Positions 9,633 through 18,069 of a stretch of DNA of 64,000 nt are shown piece by piece (the stretch's first letter is position 1; every line of letters starts with the position of its first letter). Below the pieces are notes generated by a model. It searched no databases. It had not been told where the DNA came from and saw only the letters and a list, made by a program, of their open reading frames with translations. The position numbers were made by a program, and so were the translations under genes. This DNA is from Marine Group III euryarchaeote CG-Epi1 (GTDB taxonomy: Archaea > Thermoplasmatota > Poseidoniia > MGIII > CG-Epi1), in the NCBI GenBank assembly GCA_001875345.1, contig MIZA01000022.1, positions 838-64,837 on the forward strand, in the 5' to 3' direction.

Positions 9633-10408
9633 ACTCAGATTTAGAAGATAAAGTGGTCTTAGTAACTGGAGGTGCAGGAGGAATCGGAAGTGTAATCTCC
9701 AAATCTTTCGCCGATCAAGGTGCGAGAGTAATTGTCCATTATAATCATTCAAAAGAGAATGCTGAAAAGATTTCAAAAGAAATTGATGGATTAGCTGTTA
9801 ATGCTGATTTAACTGACTCTAAACAAACTAAAGAACTTTTCAAACATATTATTGAAAAAGAAGGGAAAATTGATGTTTGTATAGCTAACGCTGGCAAATA
9901 CCCTAAAGATTATGCTCCATTATGGGAAATTGAAAGTAGTCGATGGGATAATACTATTTCCACAAATTTGTCTTTAGCTTACAATACCTCTCGTTATTTT
10001 CTAAAACATGTAGCTCAAACAAAAAATGGCGCATTGGTTCTAATTGGGTCAACTGCTGGAATATATGGGGAAGCTGGTCATGCTGATTATGCTGCAGCTA
10101 AAGGCGCGATAACTTCAGGACTCTTACGTACTTTGAAAAACGATGCAGCTCAAATCGGAAATGGTGTTAGAGTTAATGCAATTGCACCTGGGTGGACTGT
10201 CAGTCAAAAAAGAATTGATGAGGGAATAGATCAAAGTCGTGTGAAACGAATTACTTCAACTATGTCTTTGAAAAAACTGGCTAGACCTGAAGATGTTGCA
10301 AATTCGGCGATAATGCTCGCTTCCGACTCCCTTTCTGGTCACATTACCGGCCAAGTCATAGAAATCGCAGGAGGGATGGAAGGACGGCTAGTGACTGGGA
10401 CAAAATAG
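9629..10408 (+). CDS. SDR family reductase (FabG/acetoacetyl-CoA reductase-like)
   Basis: VTGGAGGIGS, NAG, YAAAKGA (YxxxK). Start overlaps the thiolase stop (ATGA). Confidence 0.85.
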   Translation: MNSDLEDKVVLVTGGAGGIGSVISKSFADQGARVIVHYNHSKENAEKISKEIDGLAVNADLTDSKQTKELFKHIIEKEGKIDVCIANAGKYPKDYAPLWEIESSRWDNTISTNLSLAYNTSRYFLKHVAQTKNGALVLIGSTAGIYGEAGHADYAAAKGAITSGLLRTLKNDAAQIGNGVRVNAIAPGWTVSQKRIDEGIDQSRVKRITSTMSLKKLARPEDVANSAIMLASDSLSGHITGQVIEIAGGMEGRLVTGTK

Positions 10409-10600
10409 GATTTCGAAACTTATTCTTAGGAAGTATAATTCTATCAATAATTATTTCCTTAATTATTAACTTTGTTTACGGAATAGGATTTAATTTAGTT
10501 ATTTTTGTAGCGATACAAATCTTCGTTACAATTGCTACAACAATGATTTGGCCTGCTTTAAATTCAAAATAAGGTTAAATTAGAAGCTCTATAGGAAAGT

Positions 10601-11944
10601 GTGGAAGAACCTCCAAAAATAAGGCGCTACGACATCGATTGGCTTAGAGTTATCCTCTTTGCATTACTAATTCCATTTCACGTTGGAATCGGAGTTTACT
10701 GGGAAGCCTATGATTTTGTACAGCCTGAACATGAATTTGAAGGTGAAGCAAATCGAGAAGCTTTGAACAGCGATCTAGGTGAAGATGTAAATAATGTGTA
10801 TTCTTTCACTGGTGATGATTTTATTTCACATATTTTAACATGGATGCATGAGTGGAGGCTTGCTGCACTTTTCATGATTAGTGGAATGGGGACTGCATTT
10901 GCCTTCAAACGTAGAACGTGGAAATTATTTTTAAAAGAACGTTCAAAGCGCTTACTGATACCTATGTTTGTAGGAATTTGGACCATTACTCCTTTGACCT
11001 TGATGATCGCGACAAAATATTTTCCTGGTAGCTTTTTGGAGGGGATATTAGTTTACTTTGGAGGTGGGATTATGCTGACTTTACTCATGATTGTTCCACT
11101 TGTTTCTAGGTTGATTTCTCTTGGGCATCTATGGTTCATATGGAGTTTATTTCAATATTCACTATTTTTACTTCCAATATTTTACGTAGTACGAAATTAT
11201 CCTGAAGGAAAGATTGCGAGATTACTCAAAACTACTTTCAGAATACCGTTCAAACTTGGACCTTTACTAGTTCTTCCTGTAATTCTATCAATATCTGATG
11301 TCATTCTCAAACCAATTATGGGAGAAGCAATTGGATTTGGATATGAATGGTTTTGGTACTTGCTAATTTTCTTTTTTGGTTATCTCTTCATAATTGATAA
11401 AGAACGATATTTTCACTTTATTGACAACTCAAGAATACAAATTACTGTAGCTACCATTATCTCTACTTTGGCATTTATGTGGATTAAAGCTGAGGAAACA
11501 AAAAGTGGAGTTCCTTACATTGGAGGAGGATGGGCCGGAGATGAGTATACGCAATTGGGAATCGAGTACCATACAAATATGACTTTGATTTCATGCTTTA
11601 TAACAAGTTTTCACGCTTGGTTTTGGTGCTTATTTGTATTCACTTGGGGTGCTAAATATCTTAACAGGCCAAGTAAAAATTTAGCCTACCTTAACCAAGG
11701 AGTTTACCCTTTTTATATTGTTCACCAGCCTATCGTCTACGTGGTACTTTTAGTGCTACTAGGAAGCGGATACTCTAATCTCGTGATTTTAATTTTAGGG
11801 ACTGCTGTAGTTACTTTTGGATGTTGGATATTCTTTGAAATTATGAAAAGACATTGGATTACAAGAGCAATGTATGGAATCAAAGAACTTCCGATTAAAA
11901 ATGAAATAATGACTGAATCTACCTCTGCTGTCGAGGAAAAATAA
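10601..11944 (+). CDS. Acyltransferase family 3 membrane protein
   Basis: 447 aa, about 10 TM segments. The N-terminal RYDIDWLRVILFALLIPFHVG is typical of acyltransferase_3/OpgC-like proteins. GTG start. Confidence 0.7.
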   Translation: MEEPPKIRRYDIDWLRVILFALLIPFHVGIGVYWEAYDFVQPEHEFEGEANREALNSDLGEDVNNVYSFTGDDFISHILTWMHEWRLAALFMISGMGTAFAFKRRTWKLFLKERSKRLLIPMFVGIWTITPLTLMIATKYFPGSFLEGILVYFGGGIMLTLLMIVPLVSRLISLGHLWFIWSLFQYSLFLLPIFYVVRNYPEGKIARLLKTTFRIPFKLGPLLVLPVILSISDVILKPIMGEAIGFGYEWFWYLLIFFFGYLFIIDKERYFHFIDNSRIQITVATIISTLAFMWIKAEETKSGVPYIGGGWAGDEYTQLGIEYHTNMTLISCFITSFHAWFWCLFVFTWGAKYLNRPSKNLAYLNQGVYPFYIVHQPIVYVVLLVLLGSGYSNLVILILGTAVVTFGCWIFFEIMKRHWITRAMYGIKELPIKNEIMTESTSAVEEK

Positions 11945-11953
11945 TACTAGTCC

Positions 11954-11960
11954 TTATATA
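11954..11960 (+). promoter_or_regulatory. Candidate archaeal TATA box for the ribosomal-protein operon or leader
   Basis: TTATATA in ccTTATATAggg, about 190 nt upstream of the rpl3 ATG. It is the only strong TATA-like element in the gap. Confidence 0.4.
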
Positions 11961-12135
11961 GGGTCCCTTTGTGCGAGAGACCCTGCAATCACGCAACCAG
12001 ACGCTTAGGGCAATTATCCCTACACCTCTCGAGGCACTCGTTCTCGACGAGAAACGGCGTCACGGTACGATGTGCAACATGTAGGAACTACGCCTGATAT
12101 AGAACGCCGTTAGCAACGGTTAGCGATATCTGGAG
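11961..12135 (+). promoter_or_regulatory. GC-rich structured leader or candidate small RNA upstream of rpl3
   Basis: Locally GC-rich versus its AT-rich surroundings. Hairpins: GGGTC..GACCC, TAGGG-CAATTAT-CCCTA, CTCGT-TCTCG-ACGAG, AACGGCGT..(44 nt)..ACGCCGTT, CCGTT-AGC-AACGG. Several are mutually exclusive. Not coding, apart from a spurious antisense ORF. Confidence 0.45.
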
Positions 12136-12145
12136 AGAGTATAAA

Positions 12146-13156
12146 ATGCCAAAACACAACAAACCAAACCGCGGATCCATGGCTTTCAGTCCTCGCAAGA
12201 GAGCACGCTCTGAAACGCCTCATATCTCTAGTTGGGCTGCTGTAGAAGGAGATGATCCAAAAATTCTTGGTTTTGCAGGATATAAAGTAGGAATGAGCCA
12301 TATCATGGCAGTAGATTACCGCAAAAAATCTACCACTGCAGGACAAGAAATCAGGATGCCTGTAACCATAGTCGAAATTCCTCCAATGAAAGTAATTGGA
12401 GCAAGAGGCTACATTCAGGATACTTATGGATTAAGAACTTTAACTGAAGCTTGGGAAAAGAAAATTGATAAAGATTTAGAAAGAACATTACCTATTCCTA
12501 AAGGTCACAATGCGAAAGCTGCATGGAAGAAAATGTCTGATAGTGATTTGGAAGAAGTTAGACTTTTAGTCCACACACAACCACGAATGGTGACTGGAAT
12601 TCCAAAGAAAAGACCCGAAATTATGGAAATGGCTGTAGGTGGAGGATCTGTTGATGCACAAATCGAATTCGCAAAAGAAATGATGGGTAAAGAATTCACA
12701 ATGTCTGATTTTACACAAGATGGTGAAATGTTGGACGCTATTGCTGTAACAACAGGATATGGTTTCCAAGGACATGTTAAGCGATGGGGTGTGAAATTGT
12801 TGACACATAAAAACTCCAAACATCGTAGAATGATTGGAAATTTAGGTCCTTTCAGTCCAGGGTATGTTGTTTCCACTGTACCGCAAGCAGGTCAGACAGG
12901 ATACCACCAACGTACTGAATACAATAAAAGATTATTAAAAATTGGAGATAATCCAGACGAAATTAATCCGAAAGGCGGATTTTTGAATTATGGTTTAATT
13001 CGTGGAAATTATGCACTTCTACACGGTTCCTTACCTGGACCAAGTAAAAGACTAATTAGATTTAGAAAAGCAGTACGATTCCACGGAAAGAAAACTGATT
13101 CTGTCGTTGTACCTGAAATTACAATGATTTCACAGGAGAGCCAACAAGGAGTATAA
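12146..13156 (+). CDS. rpl3: 50S ribosomal protein uL3
   Basis: 336 aa. GFAGYKVGMSH and GYGFQGHVKRWGV motifs. First gene of the conserved L3-L4-L23-L2-S19-L22-S3 order. Confidence 0.95.
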   Translation: MPKHNKPNRGSMAFSPRKRARSETPHISSWAAVEGDDPKILGFAGYKVGMSHIMAVDYRKKSTTAGQEIRMPVTIVEIPPMKVIGARGYIQDTYGLRTLTEAWEKKIDKDLERTLPIPKGHNAKAAWKKMSDSDLEEVRLLVHTQPRMVTGIPKKRPEIMEMAVGGGSVDAQIEFAKEMMGKEFTMSDFTQDGEMLDAIAVTTGYGFQGHVKRWGVKLLTHKNSKHRRMIGNLGPFSPGYVVSTVPQAGQTGYHQRTEYNKRLLKIGDNPDEINPKGGFLNYGLIRGNYALLHGSLPGPSKRLIRFRKAVRFHGKKTDSVVVPEITMISQESQQGV

Positions 13157-13158
13157 TT

Positions 13159-13947
13159 ATGGAAGTACCAATTTATTCAATTAAGGGAAAGGCCTCAAAG
13201 AAATCGGCAAAATTGCCTGATGCATTTAGTGAGCCTGTACGTTTAGATTTAATTAGAAAAGCTGTGAGAGCTTCTCGAGCAAACCGAAGACAACCATATG
13301 GTGCCTCAAATGGTGCTGGATTCAGACATTCTGTTTCATGGCCAGGTAAAGGCCGCGGTATGGCAAGAACTCCTCGTAAAAACGGCGGAGGCGGTCGCGG
13401 TGCTCAAGCTCCAAACACAATTGGAGGAAGACGTGCTCATCCGCCAAAAGCTGAAAAAGACTGGACTCTAAAAATTAATTCGAAAGAAAATAAGAAAGCT
13501 TTCAAGTCCGCATTAGCTGCTACCTCACAGGAATCATATGTTCTCGCAAGAGGGCACCAAATCCCTGAAAAAGCTACATTGCCTTATGTGGTTGAAGATA
13601 AAATAGAAACCTTAGCCAAGGATAACGAAGGTGGGTCTCTCACTAAGAGAGCAACTTCACTATTGGAAGATCTTGGATTACTAGAAGATGTAAAGCGCGC
13701 ACGCGAAGGTAAAGGAATAAGGGCAGGTAAAGGAAAAAGTCGCGGAAGAAAATACCGCACACCTAAATCTGTACTGCTCGTTCTTTCTGAAGATAGTGAT
13801 TCTGAAAGGGCTTTCCGTAACTTATCTGGAGTTGACGTTACTACATCTAAAAACTTGAACACTGAATTGTTAGCTCCTGGTGGAGACCCAGGAAGATTAG
13901 TAATATTCAGTAAATCTGCAGTTTCTGCATTAGGAGAGCGATTATGA
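13159..13947 (+). CDS. rpl4: 50S ribosomal protein uL4
   Basis: 262 aa. RRQPYG...WPGKGRGMARTPR pattern, and operon position 2 nt after rpl3. Confidence 0.93.
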   Translation: MEVPIYSIKGKASKKSAKLPDAFSEPVRLDLIRKAVRASRANRRQPYGASNGAGFRHSVSWPGKGRGMARTPRKNGGGGRGAQAPNTIGGRRAHPPKAEKDWTLKINSKENKKAFKSALAATSQESYVLARGHQIPEKATLPYVVEDKIETLAKDNEGGSLTKRATSLLEDLGLLEDVKRAREGKGIRAGKGKSRGRKYRTPKSVLLVLSEDSDSERAFRNLSGVDVTTSKNLNTELLAPGGDPGRLVIFSKSAVSALGERL

Positions 13948-14198
13948 GTGATCACAAAGTAATTCTAAGTCCTCGCTCAAAAGAAAGGGCACTATACATG
14001 CTTGAACAAAATAAATTAGAATTTTATGTTGCAAGAACTGCTTCCAAATTGGACATTAAAGGTGCTGTTAGATCTTTATTCCAAGTAGAAGTGAGTAAAG
14101 TCAATACCCGAATTACCAAAGAAGGTAAGTTGGCTATTGTTAAATTAGCTGAAGGACATTCAGCCGAAGATTTGAGTAATAGATTAGGAATATTGTGA
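13944..14198 (+). CDS. rpl23: 50S ribosomal protein uL23
   Basis: 84 aa, ATGA overlap with rpl4, conserved position between L4 and L2. Confidence 0.9.
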   Translation: MSDHKVILSPRSKERALYMLEQNKLEFYVARTASKLDIKGAVRSLFQVEVSKVNTRITKEGKLAIVKLAEGHSAEDLSNRLGIL

Positions 14199-14202
14199 TA
14201 AA

Positions 14203-14901
14203 ATGGGAAAGAGAATAATACCTAGAAGACGCGGACGAGGACGTCGCTACAAGGCAGCTGATAATCGTTTCAAAGGTGATGCACGTCACCCAAGATCAAA
14301 GTCCTCCAGTGGAAAGGTCGTCGAATTATTGCATGACCCTGGTAGGACTGCGCCTGTGGCAAAAGTTGAAGATCAAAATGGAACATATACTATGATTGCG
14401 CATGATGGAATGCATGTCGGTCAAGAAGTAAGTGCAGGACATGGTGCTGAACTAGATACCGGAAATACAGCATACATCGGTTCTATACCAGAAGGTACTA
14501 AAATTTATAATATTGAAATGAAGCCTGGAGATGGTGGGAAGTTAGCAAGAGCTGCTGGAAATGCAGCTACAATTGTTTCCCACGGTAAAAAAACAATTGT
14601 TCGTTTACCTTCCAAGGCGCAAAAAGCATTCGATAATATGTGTAGAGCCACCATTGGCTCAGTTGCAGGCTCAGGAAGAGGTGAAAAACCTATTGCAAAG
14701 GCAGGAAAGAATTTCTACCGAAATAGAGCTAGACCAAAGATTTGGCCTAAGGTAAGAGGAGTTGCTATGAATGCTGTAGACCACCCACACGGAAGTGGAC
14801 GGAAACAGACCATTGGTATCAATTCTACAGTTTCTAGAAATGCTCCACCTGGAAGAAAGGTTGGACACATTGCTGCAAAGAGAACAGGAGCTAAACGTTA
14901 A
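14203..14901 (+). CDS. rpl2: 50S ribosomal protein uL2
   Basis: GSIPEGTKIYNIEMKPGDGGKLARAAG and MNAVDHPHGSG signatures. Confidence 0.95.
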   Translation: MGKRIIPRRRGRGRRYKAADNRFKGDARHPRSKSSSGKVVELLHDPGRTAPVAKVEDQNGTYTMIAHDGMHVGQEVSAGHGAELDTGNTAYIGSIPEGTKIYNIEMKPGDGGKLARAAGNAATIVSHGKKTIVRLPSKAQKAFDNMCRATIGSVAGSGRGEKPIAKAGKNFYRNRARPKIWPKVRGVAMNAVDHPHGSGRKQTIGINSTVSRNAPPGRKVGHIAAKRTGAKR

Positions 14902-15368
14902 TGGCCCGTAGAACGAAAGGTCTTGCTACGCCAAAAGCTGCAAGAAGGAGAGAGAGAAAAAGGAAGGCAGGTATTCAAGTCCGCAGAAAGAAAGAATTTA
15001 CCTACCGCGGAATGACTATAGATAAATTAAAAGAACTAACCTTCGAAGAATTTATTGCCATTGTACCTTCAAGACAACGAAGGTCCTTTAAGCGTGGCTT
15101 GAGCATGGAACAAGCAAAAATTATTAATGATTCAAATAATAAACCGGATAAAGTTATTCGAACACACCGTAGAGAAATGATTATCATTCCTCAATTTGTA
15201 GGAAGAAAATTTGGTGTATACAATGGCCGAGAATTTGTAGATCTTGAAATTCTCCCGGAAATGATTGGATTGTACTTTGGAGAATTGGCTCCTACAAGAA
15301 CATCCCCTACACACACAGGACCTGGTGTCGGTGCTACCAAGTCGTCTAAATTTATGCCGTTGAAGTGA
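14901..15368 (+). CDS. rps19: 30S ribosomal protein uS19
   Basis: THRREMIIIPQFVGRKFGVYNGREF...GELAPTR. Has a basic N-terminal extension. Confidence 0.93.
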   Translation: MARRTKGLATPKAARRRERKRKAGIQVRRKKEFTYRGMTIDKLKELTFEEFIAIVPSRQRRSFKRGLSMEQAKIINDSNNKPDKVIRTHRREMIIIPQFVGRKFGVYNGREFVDLEILPEMIGLYFGELAPTRTSPTHTGPGVGATKSSKFMPLK

Positions 15369-15372
15369 TATT

Positions 15373-15825
15373 ATGAAAGGATTCTCGTACCCATACAACC
15401 CCGAAATACATGCTGCTGCTCGCGGAAATGGATTGAATGTCTCTCCTAAAGCTGCTAGAGAAGTTTGTCATGCTCTTAAGGGAATGGAACTTGAAAAAGC
15501 TAAAAGTTACTTAGAAAGAGTAATGGATCTTGAACAAGCTGTACCATTCAAACGCCACGATGGTAAAGTTGGTCACAGAAAGGGTAAAGGAATCTCAAGT
15601 GGAAGATTCCCAGTGAAAACTGCTGCTGCAATCTTGAAAGTTATTGAATCTGCAGGAAATAACGGAGAAGCCCTTCATATTGATATTGAAAATTGGAGAA
15701 TAGTTCATATTGCCGCATCTCGTGGAGTTAGATTCGAAGGTAGATTCCCTAGAGCTCGAGGTAGGGCTACTCCAAAAATGCGCGAAAGTGCAAATGTTGA
15801 AGTTGTATTAGAGGAAGTTAAATGA
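15373..15825 (+). CDS. rpl22: 50S ribosomal protein uL22
   Basis: 150 aa. NVSPKAAREVCHALKGM...VPFKRH pattern, and operon position. Confidence 0.92.
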   Translation: MKGFSYPYNPEIHAAARGNGLNVSPKAAREVCHALKGMELEKAKSYLERVMDLEQAVPFKRHDGKVGHRKGKGISSGRFPVKTAAAILKVIESAGNNGEALHIDIENWRIVHIAASRGVRFEGRFPRARGRATPKMRESANVEVVLEEVK

Positions 15826-16580
15826 CCATCGTAAAAGAAATGATAAAAGAGCGTGTTCGCAGAGCACAAGTACATGATTATGTTCAAAAGAAAACCAGCA
15901 GAGCTGGCTTCGGCGGACTATCAATACAAAGAACTCCTTTAGGAACTCATGTTAGAATTGCAGCCGAAAGACCTGGTCTTGTTATAGGAAGAAAGGGCAG
16001 TGATATTCAAAGATTAACTGAAGAATTAGAAAGAAAATTCGGTTATGAAAATTTGCAAGTTGAAGCTGGTGAAGTTAATAATTTTGCTCTTAACCCATTA
16101 ATCATGGCTGCAAAAGTAGCAAATGCGCTTGAGAGAGGGTGGAATTACAGAAGAGCTGGAAATTCTATGTTGCAAAGAATTATGGATTCTGGAGCAAGAG
16201 GATGTCAGATTACAATTGCTGGTAAGTTAACTGGATTAAGACACCGAACTGAAAAGTTCTTATCTGGACACATTAAATTCTGTGGTGAAACTGCACTTGA
16301 ATTAATGGATGTTGGAATAGCTCAAGCTAAACTAAAACCCGGAACAATCGGAGTTAAGGTAGCGATAATGCGTCCTGACGCAAAACTACCTGACGAAATA
16401 GAAGTTACTCCAATTCCTGAACCTGTCGTAGAAGTCAAAGAAGAAGAATCTACCGATGAGGCTGAGGAAGAAACTACTGAAGAAGTCAAAGAAGAAAAGA
16501 CTGAAGATACTAAAGTAGAAAAGAAAGCTAAAACTGATAAAAAAGAAAAAAAGTCTGAAAAGAAAGGTGATGATAAATGA
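15822..16580 (+). CDS. rps3: 30S ribosomal protein uS3 with Lys/Glu-rich C-terminal tail
   Basis: KH-domain GLVIGRKGSDIQRL, and operon position. The last ~55 aa are E/K/T low complexity. Confidence 0.93.
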   Translation: MTIVKEMIKERVRRAQVHDYVQKKTSRAGFGGLSIQRTPLGTHVRIAAERPGLVIGRKGSDIQRLTEELERKFGYENLQVEAGEVNNFALNPLIMAAKVANALERGWNYRRAGNSMLQRIMDSGARGCQITIAGKLTGLRHRTEKFLSGHIKFCGETALELMDVGIAQAKLKPGTIGVKVAIMRPDAKLPDEIEVTPIPEPVVEVKEEESTDEAEEETTEEVKEEKTEDTKVEKKAKTDKKEKKSEKKGDDK

Positions 16581-16789
16581 GTTTGAAGAAACCTTTTGAA
16601 TTAAGAGAAATGCAACCTGAAGAAAGAGAATCTAGGTTGAGAGAATTGCGCTCTGAATTAATGAACGAAAGAGGCGTTGCATCAATGGGAGGGCAACCTA
16701 CGTCACCCGGAAGAATGAGAGCTTTGAAAAAGCAAATTGCACGATTAACTACCATTATGAGAGAAATTGAATTGGAGGAAGAAGCTTAG
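16577..16789 (+). CDS. rpl29: 50S ribosomal protein uL29
   Basis: 70 aa. LREMQPEERESRLRELRSELMNER pattern. ATGA overlap with rps3. Confidence 0.9.
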   Translation: MSLKKPFELREMQPEERESRLRELRSELMNERGVASMGGQPTSPGRMRALKKQIARLTTIMREIELEEEA

Positions 16790-17086
16790 ATGGTAGACAT
16801 TGATCCTCTAACTGGCCTTCCTAAAGAATTACTCGCAATGGAAGAGATAATTAGAGAACAACAATCAATTAAGGTTCATATTGAAAAGCGTAGATATGGA
16901 AAATTAGTTACTATCGTGGATGGTATTGGTAAAAGTGTAGACATTAGTGATTTGGCGAAACAGCTCAAAACTAAATGTGCTACTGGTGGAACTTCAAAAG
17001 GCGGTATTATTGAACTGCAAGGTGATCACACTAAAAAAGTTAATGAAGTTTTAACAGATATGGGATTCCCCGTGGAGGTACAATAA
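16790..17086 (+). CDS. Translation initiation factor aSUI1 (eIF1 homologue)
   Basis: 98 aa. IKVHIEKRRYGKLVTIVDGI...TKCATGGT...IELQGDH is the SUI1 signature. This is its usual archaeal position after L29. Confidence 0.9.
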   Translation: MVDIDPLTGLPKELLAMEEIIREQQSIKVHIEKRRYGKLVTIVDGIGKSVDISDLAKQLKTKCATGGTSKGGIIELQGDHTKKVNEVLTDMGFPVEVQ

Positions 17087-17329
17087 ATGGATGGAAGAGA
17101 TGAATTTATGGGTGAACAAGTGACTGTGTCCGAACATTCCGATCCAAGTATCCAAGGAATTTCAGGGGAGATTGTCGACGAAACTCGAGAGACGATTACT
17201 ATTTTCTCAAATGGGAAAGCTAAAATGGTCAGTAAGCGGCCAGGTAAATTCATGTTCAAAAATGGAGAACTTGAAGGAAATAAAATTGCTTACAGGTCTC
17301 AAGACCGAATTAAAAAGGTGAAAGCATGA
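17087..17329 (+). CDS. rnp1: RNase P protein component 1 (Rpp29/Pop4 homologue)
   Basis: 80 aa. GISGEIVDETRETITI matches the Rpp29 core. Conserved position between SUI1/L29 and S17. Confidence 0.8.
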   Translation: MDGRDEFMGEQVTVSEHSDPSIQGISGEIVDETRETITIFSNGKAKMVSKRPGKFMFKNGELEGNKIAYRSQDRIKKVKA

Positions 17330-17667
17330 GTAAAGATAAGCCACGTGACATAGGAGTTGATGTTATCGCTCCCGCCAACCCATGGGATGGAGACACTAAC
17401 GATCCTTTCTTTGGAACACTCTCTGTAAGGGGTCAAGTTCTACGAGGAATTGTTGTAAAAGCTAAAGCTCAAAAAACCGTTGTTGTTCAAATCAACAAAA
17501 TGAAATATGATTCTAAATATGAAAGATATGCTAGAAGTTCATCTAAAATAAGCGCTCACAGTCCTGCAAGTGTTGGAGCAAATGAAGGTGATGCTGTAAC
17601 TATAATGGAATGCAGACCTTTGTCTAAGACTAAGTCATTTGTTGTTATTGAAAGGAGAGATCCATGA
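17326..17667 (+). CDS. rps17: 30S ribosomal protein uS17
   Basis: 113 aa. GIVVKAKAQKTVVVQ...ECRPLSKTKSFVV. Confidence 0.92.
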   Translation: MSKDKPRDIGVDVIAPANPWDGDTNDPFFGTLSVRGQVLRGIVVKAKAQKTVVVQINKMKYDSKYERYARSSSKISAHSPASVGANEGDAVTIMECRPLSKTKSFVVIERRDP

Positions 17668-18062
17668 GAGCTGTTGCAGGAAGACAAATGAGAGGTTTGC
17701 CACAAGGTGCTAGAATCGATTGTGTCGATAATAGTGGAGCAAAAATTGTAGAAATTGTTACTGTTTTAAATTACAAAGGTGTACACCGAAGATCGCCTGC
17801 TGCTGGAGTTGGTGATATGGTGATTGCATCTGTCAAAAAGGGAAACCCTGAAATGCGAAGACAGCTTGTTAGAGCAGTCATCGTAAGATGCCGCAGGCCT
17901 TTCAGAAGGGCTGACGGTACGATGGTCCAATTTGAGGACAATGCTGCGGTTTTGACAAATGAACAAGGAGAAACTAAAGGGTCTGGAATCAAAGGGCCTG
18001 TATCAAGAGAAGCTGCCGAAAGATGGCCGCGTATAGCTGCTGCAGCAACAACGATAGTATGA
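17664..18062 (+). CDS. rpl14: 50S ribosomal protein uL14
   Basis: 132 aa. CVDNSGAK...GDMVIASVKKG...AVIVR signatures. Confidence 0.95.
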   Translation: MRAVAGRQMRGLPQGARIDCVDNSGAKIVEIVTVLNYKGVHRRSPAAGVGDMVIASVKKGNPEMRRQLVRAVIVRCRRPFRRADGTMVQFEDNAAVLTNEQGETKGSGIKGPVSREAAERWPRIAAAATTIV

Positions 18063-18069
18063 GGATCAA

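Noticed and set aside
11945-12145. Tested whether the GC-rich gap upstream of rpl3 is a tRNA, 5S rRNA, or C/D or H/ACA sRNA.
   Set aside because: No cloverleaf could be drawn. There is no resemblance to the archaeal 5S 5' consensus, no C box (RUGAUGA) paired with the single CTGA, and no ACA box after a pocketed hairpin. It is kept only as an unclassified structured element.
12110-12346. 78-aa minus-strand ORF spanning the leader and the rpl3 start.
   Set aside because: It overlaps the rpl3 N-terminus in antisense, has no motif, and is explained by the GC-rich leader lacking stop codons.
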